64,000 bases of DNA from an uncultured virus (IMG/VR IMGVR_UViG_3300030098_001091). Taxonomy: Duplodnaviria; Heunggongvirae; Uroviricota; Caudoviricetes. The notes beneath the pieces were generated by a model. The model made no database searches and was not told the DNA's origin. It saw only the letters and a program-made list of their open reading frames with translations. The stretch is from IMG/VR virus record IMGVR_UViG_3300030098_001091; one strand, 5' to 3'. The translations under genes were made by a program, and so were the position numbers. Below, piece by piece: positions 56,126-64,000 of this stretch (position 1 is its first letter; every line of letters begins with the position of its first letter).

Positions 56126-59100
56126 CTAAGAATTATGATACCTTGTAATGGGTTTAAATTTGCCCGTGAATTGCAAACTAGCAATGTTTAAAGGGTGTGG
56201 GTCTTCTGAAGAAATTGTTATTCTAACATCTTCCGCAAATCCAAGTATCGGGAATCTTTCCTGACGTTCAGAAATGTCCCCACTATTATATCCTTTACCA
56301 ATCCAATCCTCTTCCCATCTATCATCTGCTGTATTAAAGACGAAGTTATGAGTTTTCTTGGATCTATTATTAACATTTACCTCAACGTCGAAAGCTTTAG
56401 AATTGTAGGTTTGAACAATACCAGACCTAAGATTCAAAGTACCGGGAGTAATATTATTAGCTTCATCTCTTAAATAGATAGGAGACAGGGTTACAGAACT
56501 CTTGAACTTCCTACCAATAAAACGGATAGTGTCGATCCACGGAACTGTAGTCTGAGGCCCATCTGGGTTATTTAAATCATTTGGATTGGGTACTTCGTAA
56601 TCATAGTTACCTATCATCTGGTAGTGTAAGTAGTTTTCCGCAAGAGGATCTCGGGTTATATCTACAAACTCACCCGATGAAGTAACTACACAATCAAATA
56701 CGGGAGGATTTATAAAAGATGGATTAGCTGCGATCTCTAGCTCAATGCTACTTAAATTGGTTTCTACATCATACTCCACTTCTTTAACCATATTTTGAAG
56801 TGACCAAACCATATCATCTAGTCTAGGAGTCTGAACATTATGAGGAGATAAATTTAATCTGCTAACCCACAGAACATCCTTAAACTCAGGTAAATTACTA
56901 GTTGATTGAATAAGGTAAAGATATTTACCCCATGATCTCATGCCATGTATTTGAACAAGCTGGTCAGCCGACCAACCATACCCAGAGGTATCTATAGGTC
57001 CAGTTGTCCAATCAAAGAAAGCATTCTGAACAACCTTCTCACCAGAGATTTGGTTTCTATAGCAATAAATCTTTGGGGGAGTCCACGGACCTCCCAAACC
57101 CGATGTACTACCCATCTTCAAACCAAATAACATAGACCCGTAAGACGATGCTTCTGAATCATGAAGCTTATCTGGGAGATAATTAGGAACATGTTTTGAA
57201 ACCTCAAAGGCTTGCTCTGTAGCTAAGTCTCTCTGTCCAAAGTAAATAAACAACTGACCCTTACTATAGAAGAATAGGTTATTATTCATTGATTGAGGAG
57301 ACACTTCAGGCATCATAGGATAGAATGCTGTAGGAGCAAACTCCGCAGTCAAAGGAGAAATAACATTATTAGATCCAGTTAATTCATACTGCGTATTACC
57401 AGATGTACCCACAAAGAGGAAGTCCCTAAATGGAACAAGATGCGTAACTGGAGTATAGTTATTCGAAGAGATTCGAAGATCTAATGGATCTGAATCTATA
57501 ATATTATCTACATTAGCAATAAAGAAGTTATCCCAATCCCCGCTACGGGAAGCAACGATTGTATCCTCGTTTGCCAAGAACAACCTATCTCTATAGTAAG
57601 CCATTGCAGTAATCTTACTTTCTTGTGGATCATCTGTTGAGGGATTAAAGAAGATACCGGGACCGCGATTACTTTCAGCATCACCATTCTCTCTCTTCTC
57701 CCAATCCACAGGACCACCATAGTAATTTAACTTACCCACCTCGTCAAGCTCACTATATAATAATTGAGGCATTCGCCTACTATCAAGTGTAGTCCTTGGA
57801 CCCGGAGTTCGAATCTTTTTAAGATATGGAGCTTTGTCCTTGCGGATAATCCGATACCACCCCGGAGTATTTTGTTGGAATGCTTGGCTTAGGTAAATAA
57901 TCTTACCTTTCCCTTTCCTTTGATTATACCACTCTGGAAATTCTTCCGAGTATGGAGGAAAATCTTCTTTGTAATTAGCCTCTAAAACCGCTTGAACAGC
58001 TTGACCACCATTATACGCTACTAAGTCTGTAGTATCTGGTGGGAATTTAAGATCCGAAAAACTTTTAAAGGATTGCCCAAGATATAAGTTATTTTGATCT
58101 GGATAAACATAGTCTTCTACAGGAATAAACTGAGAAAAAGACACATCTCCTACAAGTTCCCAAGTATCACCGTTATTAAATGTAAGCCAAAACTCAATAT
58201 TCCTAGGAGTACCGTCAGGTCTAGCAAGACCATCACCCTCAGCAACAGTTACTCTTTCCCATCTTTCTCGGTCTTGGTGAGGTGGTAGTGTAGAACCCAT
58301 GGGATTGTCCGCATCAGAAAGCAAGGCATTAGTAGGTCCGGGTAGTTGGTTTGTGTCAATGTATTCCCTTACTTTCCAAACCCCAAATCTTGCTGGGCTA
58401 CCTCCTAAGATAAGGTCATCAGGATAAAATTCTGTACCACTAAATTGCATGAAATAATCTTGCTGATCATCACTACCATCCATTTCACCATTAGACCAAA
58501 CATTATCTACTTCATCGGACATACTCCGACCAATCTTCCCACCAGAGAAAGAGTTCGGAATAGTAGTAGCAGTATACTTTTGTAAGTTCCATGTTCTTGT
58601 TCCCCCAATATATCGGGAGGTGCCAGCAATTTGGTCAGCTACCGTCTCAGCATTTGCATCATTTAAGGAAGTAATAGGTGTTCCATCATCATACCAGTTT
58701 AAGTTTTGTACTGTACTATTGATCCATACTCGGCTATTTGTACTAGCTCCTTGAGCCTTTTGTTGGATGATAACCCTGCCTGCAAATTCCGACGTATCAT
58801 TTATACTCTTCTGATTGGCATAAGCAATTAGCGAAGAGTTTTGGACAAGGTTAATAGCCCTAGCAAACTCAGCAGCATCAGCGAATCCACTAGCTTTTTG
58901 AGCTTCGGAGTATCTCTCATTCCCATCAGTCTTTCCACCGCCAGTCAGGCCAGTACCCAAAGCCGTGGGATCTACAGTTTTGATTTGCTGTTCTTTTCCC
59001 AAGGCACCACTCCACGACCCCTGTTGCCCACTACCGCTGTTACCTTGCTCGACAGTTAAACAAGCACCATTAAATGCAATTTTTCTTGTAGCGTTATAAT

Positions 59101-61153
59101 CCGGGTGATCAAGAGAATACTCATTAGCGTTAGTCTTAAATCTCATATTGTAACGGGTACCAGCAGTTCCGGCAGCACGGTTTTGGTACACGCAAACAGA
59201 AAGATCCGTAGTTACTACAGCACAAAGAAGATTTCTATCATCCCCCACGCCATTAACAGTACCACCAGTAGTTCTATGACCCACTTCGCTATTTATAGCC
59301 CCAGCTAAAGCGTGCATTCCACTCCATCTATTAGCATACCAATCGACAATAACATGCTTTACATTAGTAACGTTATTATCCACTTCTTTTTGGTTAAATT
59401 CTGTCCATGCCTGAAAGTTTACACCGGCTTCTCCCGCTCCATCAGAATCGGTCTTAACCCCAAGCCAGTAGTATACAAACAAACCCCCATCATAAAGTAG
59501 AATATAATCCATTGCTCCGCCACCATCAGCAACATAACTCCAACCCGGACCCAACCCATTATGATATCCGTTGGGAACCGGAATATCACCACTACCGCTT
59601 GCCCAAGGTCTAGGATTATTAGCTGGGGTTACTCCGTTGGAATACCTGTGGCTTGCATAAAAATGAGCATCAGTAATTGCTACTGAACTTATAAAGCCCA
59701 TAGGATTAGCGTGTCCATACTTACCAGTATTAACAATTGTAGTTAATCCGGGCTTGTTATCCCCATACAAAGGAGATACTCCGTGAGTTGGATAGCCTAC
59801 TGCAATATCGGGCAGTGCTGGTAGCATTCTAGTAGATACATCCGTACTTACCCAATCAGCTGCATCCTCCCCAAAGAATCCACTGTCTTCGCTTACCATT
59901 TGCTTTAGATAATTCTTTGTACTAAAGTACGCATTAACATTTGCATCAGTACACCAAGAGCCGGTTCTAGTTTGCTCTCCCATATTCGAAGTTTGCCAAA
60001 TATAATTTATAGACTGAACGCCACCTAAGGGATCTATGCCTCTAAGTGTAATTTGATTACCATAATCTTTATTAGGGTAGTTACTTTGTAAGTTATCCTC
60101 TGGATCGGGGTTCTGCATTAAAGGCACAGAATTATTAAAATCAATAACAAGCTGACCTCCGGGGTTCGGTTCAACTATTTCTCTCCAATACTTTCCCCGA
60201 CACTCGGAATAAGGATACCTACCCTCACCATCAGGTGGTCCGTCCCCTATACGGTTATTGGCAATAGGATCCCCTGTATCAATAACGTGACTATTCCACA
60301 CATAATCTTGATACTCAGACCAAAGCTCAGCTTTGCCTTCACGATCTACAGCTGACGCTGTGAGGTAGGTAACATCAGCACCTTTAAAATCAACACTATA
60401 GTGCTCGTTTGCCGGATACATGGATCCATCATACCTTTTCATATACTCATCTTCAGTATTCCGCCATAGAGCTGGGTCACCAATTTTTTCTAAGCTTCCC
60501 TTATGTGTAGTAAATCCAGCCTCGACTTCTTTATTAAGGATAAGTGTAGACGATCCTATGTTTACTGTTTCCAATCTTTCCCTAGCTGGAATTGGGTTGG
60601 GATTAAGCGTACCGTAGTTATAAGCACCCCCGTACTGGAGATATTCGTATGTCTTCCAGTCCATATTACTGGTATAATCATCCAAAGAGGCTGTTGGAAT
60701 TATAGTCACATCGACAGAACCAATATTATCTTCTTGTGTTAGATCATCAGTTTCTACAAATTTATAAGCCCTAAAAGCATTAGCAGGGACCGTGAAAGAT
60801 GGTTCACTGGGATCATAACCATCAGGCGGCTGATCATAGTCTGTATACGTTACTGCCATACCAGTATCAATTACCAACAAGATACTAGTTTTAGCATCCA
60901 CTGTTAACCAACTAAAGTATACTTGGTCCAAGCCGCCGGACGGGTCAAGCTGGCTTAAACTTCCAATACCTGAAACAAACTCTGTACCATTTCTCTTATC
61001 TAAAGAAGATTGGGTGGTGCAGAAAAAGTTAGTCAAAGCGTCACACTCAGTAGGCAGCCTCTTCGATGGGATCTGCCGACCAACACCACCACTAAGGGTA
61101 AAGATGGGTATTTTTACTGGAAAATATGATTGTGCTCTCGATGCCCTAGCCAT
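56126..61153 (-). CDS. Tail tubular protein B / nozzle (T7 gp12-like) with a large insertion
   Basis: LSGGVGRQ, LDKRNGTEF, ILNKEV, MPQLL, WEKRENGDAESN, YYRDRLFLA, SRSGDWDNFF, SDPLD, VVQNAFFDW. GGAGG SD before ATG 61153. Confidence 0.88.
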   Translation of the reverse strand: MARASRAQSYFPVKIPIFTLSGGVGRQIPSKRLPTECDALTNFFCTTQSSLDKRNGTEFVSGIGSLSQLDPSGGLDQVYFSWLTVDAKTSILLVIDTGMAVTYTDYDQPPDGYDPSEPSFTVPANAFRAYKFVETDDLTQEDNIGSVDVTIIPTASLDDYTSNMDWKTYEYLQYGGAYNYGTLNPNPIPARERLETVNIGSSTLILNKEVEAGFTTHKGSLEKIGDPALWRNTEDEYMKRYDGSMYPANEHYSVDFKGADVTYLTASAVDREGKAELWSEYQDYVWNSHVIDTGDPIANNRIGDGPPDGEGRYPYSECRGKYWREIVEPNPGGQLVIDFNNSVPLMQNPDPEDNLQSNYPNKDYGNQITLRGIDPLGGVQSINYIWQTSNMGEQTRTGSWCTDANVNAYFSTKNYLKQMVSEDSGFFGEDAADWVSTDVSTRMLPALPDIAVGYPTHGVSPLYGDNKPGLTTIVNTGKYGHANPMGFISSVAITDAHFYASHRYSNGVTPANNPRPWASGSGDIPVPNGYHNGLGPGWSYVADGGGAMDYILLYDGGLFVYYWLGVKTDSDGAGEAGVNFQAWTEFNQKEVDNNVTNVKHVIVDWYANRWSGMHALAGAINSEVGHRTTGGTVNGVGDDRNLLCAVVTTDLSVCVYQNRAAGTAGTRYNMRFKTNANEYSLDHPDYNATRKIAFNGACLTVEQGNSGSGQQGSWSGALGKEQQIKTVDPTALGTGLTGGGKTDGNERYSEAQKASGFADAAEFARAINLVQNSSLIAYANQKSINDTSEFAGRVIIQQKAQGASTNSRVWINSTVQNLNWYDDGTPITSLNDANAETVADQIAGTSRYIGGTRTWNLQKYTATTIPNSFSGGKIGRSMSDEVDNVWSNGEMDGSDDQQDYFMQFSGTEFYPDDLILGGSPARFGVWKVREYIDTNQLPGPTNALLSDADNPMGSTLPPHQDRERWERVTVAEGDGLARPDGTPRNIEFWLTFNNGDTWELVGDVSFSQFIPVEDYVYPDQNNLYLGQSFKSFSDLKFPPDTTDLVAYNGGQAVQAVLEANYKEDFPPYSEEFPEWYNQRKGKGKIIYLSQAFQQNTPGWYRIIRKDKAPYLKKIRTPGPRTTLDSRRMPQLLYSELDEVGKLNYYGGPVDWEKRENGDAESNRGPGIFFNPSTDDPQESKITAMAYYRDRLFLANEDTIVASRSGDWDNFFIANVDNIIDSDPLDLRISSNNYTPVTHLVPFRDFLFVGTSGNTQYELTGSNNVISPLTAEFAPTAFYPMMPEVSPQSMNNNLFFYSKGQLFIYFGQRDLATEQAFEVSKHVPNYLPDKLHDSEASSYGSMLFGLKMGSTSGLGGPWTPPKIYCYRNQISGEKVVQNAFFDWTTGPIDTSGYGWSADQLVQIHGMRSWGKYLYLIQSTSNLPEFKDVLWVSRLNLSPHNVQTPRLDDMVWSLQNMVKEVEYDVETNLSSIELEIAANPSFINPPVFDCVVTSSGEFVDITRDPLAENYLHYQMIGNYDYEVPNPNDLNNPDGPQTTVPWIDTIRFIGRKFKSSVTLSPIYLRDEANNITPGTLNLRSGIVQTYNSKAFDVEVNVNNRSKKTHNFVFNTADDRWEEDWIGKGYNSGDISERQERFPILGFAEDVRITISSEDPHPLNIASLQFTGKFKPITRYHNS

Positions 61154-61808
61154 TGTCACTGGTCCTCCAATATCTAAACCTGTCCGGATCGTTATAGCCA
61201 CTTGCTCTATTATGAATTGCTCTTAGTTTTGGGGTACCAGACCCAAAGATTGTTCTTCTCTTATCATCTACATCTGCATTCTTACCCTTAGCTGTATACA
61301 AAACCTCAAGCTCTTGTAGATACCGATCCGATTGCACATCTCCTTGGACAATCATTTGATATTGACGAGCAGCCTGAGCCATGATAGCCCTCTGTACTAC
61401 AGTATCCATATCTTCCCACACAACCTTCACAACCATTTCTACCCAGTAATCTTTGTTTTCTTCCCAAAGATCTGTTTGGTCAGTGACGTTAAACAAGTAT
61501 TGGGTTGAGCCGCTAGATCTTGCTACACCTAGGATTCTATATCCATCATCATTATTATGATCTGATACTAATTCCGCAGAAAGGACATTGGACCCTAATT
61601 GAATTTGACCTGTTGCGTCCAGTCTGTATTTCTTGTTGTATGTATTATTAGCTAGACCACGGAACTGGTAATCTGTAAGCATTCTGTCAAGGACACCCTG
61701 ACAAACGCCGGTATCGATACCACCGAGATCATCGAGGTTATCTACCGTGGATTCACCTGCCATCAAAAGCATGTGATTAATAGCATCAAGCTTAGATATC
61801 ATACCCAT
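61146..61808 (-). CDS. Tail tubular protein A / adaptor (T7 gp11-like)
   Basis: SKLDAINHMLLMAGESTVDNL, WEDM..VQRAI..AARQYQ. Confidence 0.88.
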   Translation of the reverse strand: MGMISKLDAINHMLLMAGESTVDNLDDLGGIDTGVCQGVLDRMLTDYQFRGLANNTYNKKYRLDATGQIQLGSNVLSAELVSDHNNDDGYRILGVARSSGSTQYLFNVTDQTDLWEENKDYWVEMVVKVVWEDMDTVVQRAIMAQAARQYQMIVQGDVQSDRYLQELEVLYTAKGKNADVDDKRRTIFGSGTPKLRAIHNRASGYNDPDRFRYWRTSDNG

Positions 61809-61826
61809 GGTAGTCCTCCTCTATAC

Positions 61827-62081
61827 TCAAGAATAGCTAGGTCCAACTGTTAACGCTACAATATGAGTAGCATCGGTATTAGTTCCCTTAACTCGTTTAA
61901 CACCAATAGGAATTGTGGTACCTACAGGAACGGCTTTGAAAAGCACTGTCGTGCCTTCTCTTGTAATAACATTAACATCCCCAGTACCACCAATATATAG
62001 ACCATCACAAGGCAGATTGGTCTGATCGTTAGAGTCATGGGGAGTGACTGCTACCGCGTCTTTATACATCTCATAAGGCAT
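61827..62081 (-). CDS. Head spike base protein (RcGTA Rcc01079-like)
   Basis: AVAVTPHDSND..LYIGGTGDVNV..VLFKAVPVG..PIGVKRVKGTNTDATHIVAL. Confidence 0.75.
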   Translation of the reverse strand: MPYEMYKDAVAVTPHDSNDQTNLPCDGLYIGGTGDVNVITREGTTVLFKAVPVGTTIPIGVKRVKGTNTDATHIVALTVGPSYS

Positions 62082-62106
62082 ATCTATCTCTCCTATGGTT
62101 AAGGGT

Positions 62107-62140
62107 AAAACCTCCCTAGGCCCGTTAAGACCTAGGGAGG
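62107..62140 (-). terminator. T-phi-like terminator after the major capsid gene
   Basis: CCTCCCTAGG-TCTTAACGGG-CCTAGGGAGG-TTTT; same position as T7 T-phi and a similar loop (TCTAAACGGG). Confidence 0.8.
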
Positions 62141-62157
62141 GGGAAGGCTACTGACTA

Positions 62158-63396
62158 TCAGGTGGTTCCACCTAATCCCTCAGCGGGGGTGTTCAGGTAG
62201 GATGCACCACGGAGAGCGCCTCTTTCCTGAGCCAATTCACCGGAGCCGCCATCCTTACTCATGGCTCTGCCATGAATGACAGCAGCACACTCTGGACGGA
62301 GAACACCAGTACCGCCCATCATGCTAGCGACGGTAAAGGTCGTGTTACGACGGACATCATCCACCGTATCAACCTTCAGTCCCTGAAGCTTCAGAGCAGC
62401 AACTGCTTCTGGAAGCCACATGACGGCACGGATCTTCGCATCACCAAAGTCCTGAGCATACTTAGCTTCGCCAAGATCGGCAGCAGAAGCGTTAGCAGTA
62501 AGGACGTGATTGCTCTTGATGATAGTACAACCCATGTACTCAAGAGTATCATGGAGCTGACCAAGACCCTGACTGTACGGAGCACCGAGGCCACCTGCGG
62601 CAGCAACGCCACCGAACATTGGCTGGGAATCTTCGGCTGCCGAAGCAGTACGAGCGATACCAAGTGCTCTGATGTCCATAAATGCCTGCGGTGAGCAAGC
62701 CATGTACAGACTACCATACGGAATATGAAGTTCCTGAAGATCGACAATAAACTTCTCGATTGCTTCAAGAGCTGACAGAGCACCAGTTGAGCGATCTGCC
62801 TGAGAAGAAGCTGCGTCTCCCCATGCTTCAAACTTTCTCGTCGTAGCACCACCACTGGTTAAGTGCTCACCATAACACATGGTGTCAAGCTTAGCCTCAG
62901 TGATGTCAGAACGAGGATCATTCGCAAACGGATCTGCCGTAGCAGCCCGCACAAGATACGAATAAAGCTGCTTATCTCTAGCGTTAGCCAGAGTCAGAGC
63001 AGCCTGACGAGCCAATTCTGATCTGTACTCCCACTGAGTCAGCATAAGGTCAACATTGTCCATCTCGAAGTGCGAGGCCATTGGACGCTTATCCAACGAA
63101 ACCACGAAGCTGGTAGCCGTTGAGGTACCACCAGACAGCTCTTCACCAGCATCCCAGCTAGCCTTGAGAGACACGCTTCCCGTGATGGGGAACTCGGCGG
63201 TTGTACCGCTAGCGATTGTTCTCGAAGTAACGAGAGGCTCAAACATGTTGTATTCATCATACGCATTAATGACTTCGCCTGCCCAAATTGGGAGCCAAAG
63301 TTTACCGGGCGGGTTAGCTGCCGAAGTACGACCGCCAACGCCTTGTGTAGAATCACGATATGTCATCGCGTTCGGATTTAAATCTGGATATGCCAT
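62158..63396 (-). CDS. Major capsid protein (T7 gp10-like)
   Basis: LWLPIWAGEVINAY, RTIASGTTAEFPITG, YRSELARQAALTLANARD, MMGGTGVLRPECA. Confidence 0.93.
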   Translation of the reverse strand: MAYPDLNPNAMTYRDSTQGVGGRTSAANPPGKLWLPIWAGEVINAYDEYNMFEPLVTSRTIASGTTAEFPITGSVSLKASWDAGEELSGGTSTATSFVVSLDKRPMASHFEMDNVDLMLTQWEYRSELARQAALTLANARDKQLYSYLVRAATADPFANDPRSDITEAKLDTMCYGEHLTSGGATTRKFEAWGDAASSQADRSTGALSALEAIEKFIVDLQELHIPYGSLYMACSPQAFMDIRALGIARTASAAEDSQPMFGGVAAAGGLGAPYSQGLGQLHDTLEYMGCTIIKSNHVLTANASAADLGEAKYAQDFGDAKIRAVMWLPEAVAALKLQGLKVDTVDDVRRNTTFTVASMMGGTGVLRPECAAVIHGRAMSKDGGSGELAQERGALRGASYLNTPAEGLGGTT

Positions 63397-63429
63397 TGCA
63401 TATTCTCCTTAAATTAAAACTATTAATTA

Positions 63430-63570
63430 AAAAAGCGGATTTAATTCTTAGCTTTAGATTATTCCCGAAGGAGTCCTACACTAGCGGCTTATGCCACCTC
63501 TGACATTACCTTGCCCTTTATCCAAAGGGGAGGCGTGGTCAACTTAGACACTTACCATAGGTCCGCAAAA
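63430..63570 (-). promoter_or_regulatory. Structured capsid leader RNA
   Basis: GCGGA...TCCGC closing stem followed by TTTTTT; internal hairpins CCCTTT-GGAT-AAAGGG and GACTCC-TTCG-GGAATAATC. Confidence 0.45.
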
Positions 63571-63572
63571 AC

Positions 63573-64000
63573 CTAGAACGGAAGAGAATTCCAATCTGTC
63601 ATGGACATTCTTGCTTCCACCTTTTGCCTAAAAGAAGGCTCGATATTAAACCTAGGATCGTTTCTTTCAGCCTTGAATTCTCTTTGAGTACTATACGGAA
63701 CCACACCAGTCTCGCTGGCAGGAACCGAAGTAAGCTGCTGATTTTGCGCAGGCTCAGCAGCCTTCTGAGAAATCGTAGCTTGTTCATACATAGATGATAA
63801 TCCACGAAGGGTCACCTCATATGATGGCGAAGCCAGTCCTATGTTTATTGTTTGTAGTTCTTCAGCAGTCAGAGACTGTGAAGCCCAATCAAAAATCTGT
63901 TGTAATCTTTGCTGTCCTCCAACTACGCTGGAAGCCTGAGCAAAGTTCTCACGAAGTCTAGCCTTTTGACCAGACACATAATCATCAATCATCTTTTCAG
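63573..64000 (-). CDS. Capsid assembly scaffolding protein (T7 gp9-like), 5'-truncated
   Basis: MIDDYVSGQKA..VGGQQRLQQIFDWASQSL..DPRFNIEPSFRQKVEARM, directly upstream of the capsid gene. Confidence 0.85.
   Translation of the reverse strand, partial: EKMIDDYVSGQKARLRENFAQASSVVGGQQRLQQIFDWASQSLTAEELQTINIGLASPSYEVTLRGLSSMYEQATISQKAAEPAQNQQLTSVPASETGVVPYSTQREFKAERNDPRFNIEPSFRQKVEARMSMTDWNSLPF

Noticed and set aside
62158..62300. T7 10A/10B-type capsid frameshift
   Set aside because: No clear slippery sequence, and a terminator follows the stop codon closely.
142..63412. Plus-strand ORFs in the track
   Set aside because: They are antisense shadows of well-supported minus-strand genes or RNAs, with no recognisable motifs.
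1..64000. T7/SP6 consensus promoters
   Set aside because: No TAATACGACTCACTATA-like or other repeated ~20-bp promoter motif could be found by eye; a motif search on intergenic regions is needed.

Overview
The window is almost an entire circularly permuted T7-like (Autographiviridae-type) podovirus genome. Essentially every real gene is on the minus strand. In transcription order (high to low coordinates) it holds scaffold, major capsid, head-spike base, tail tubes A and B, a beta-helix tailspike (split by an N-gap), terminases, internal virion proteins and a 5112-aa giant virion protein. Next come a PEP-CTERM-like membrane protein, a GC-richer probable left-end module and about 640 nt of structured non-coding sequence. 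Then follow many small early genes, a canonical T7-type RNA polymerase, SSB, RusA, three tRNAs, primase-helicase, family A DNA polymerase, dNMP kinase, exonuclease, class II RNR and portal. The most striking observation is that the phage appears to encode THREE single-subunit (T7/Pol A superfamily) RNA polymerases: the canonical 814-aa enzyme, a short divergent ~616-aa enzyme in the probable first-injected module, and an N4-vRNAP-like domain inside the giant virion protein, which also carries a PD-(D/E)XK nuclease and a HEXXH zincin domain. Other notable items are a large structured ncRNA candidate, repeated hairpins in the early module, a PAP-type PEP-CTERM sorting signal suggesting a Planctomycetota (Phycisphaerae-like) host, a riboflavin-kinase-like gene and tandem permuted papain-like peptidases. 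All calls come from motif reading only; no database searches were run.
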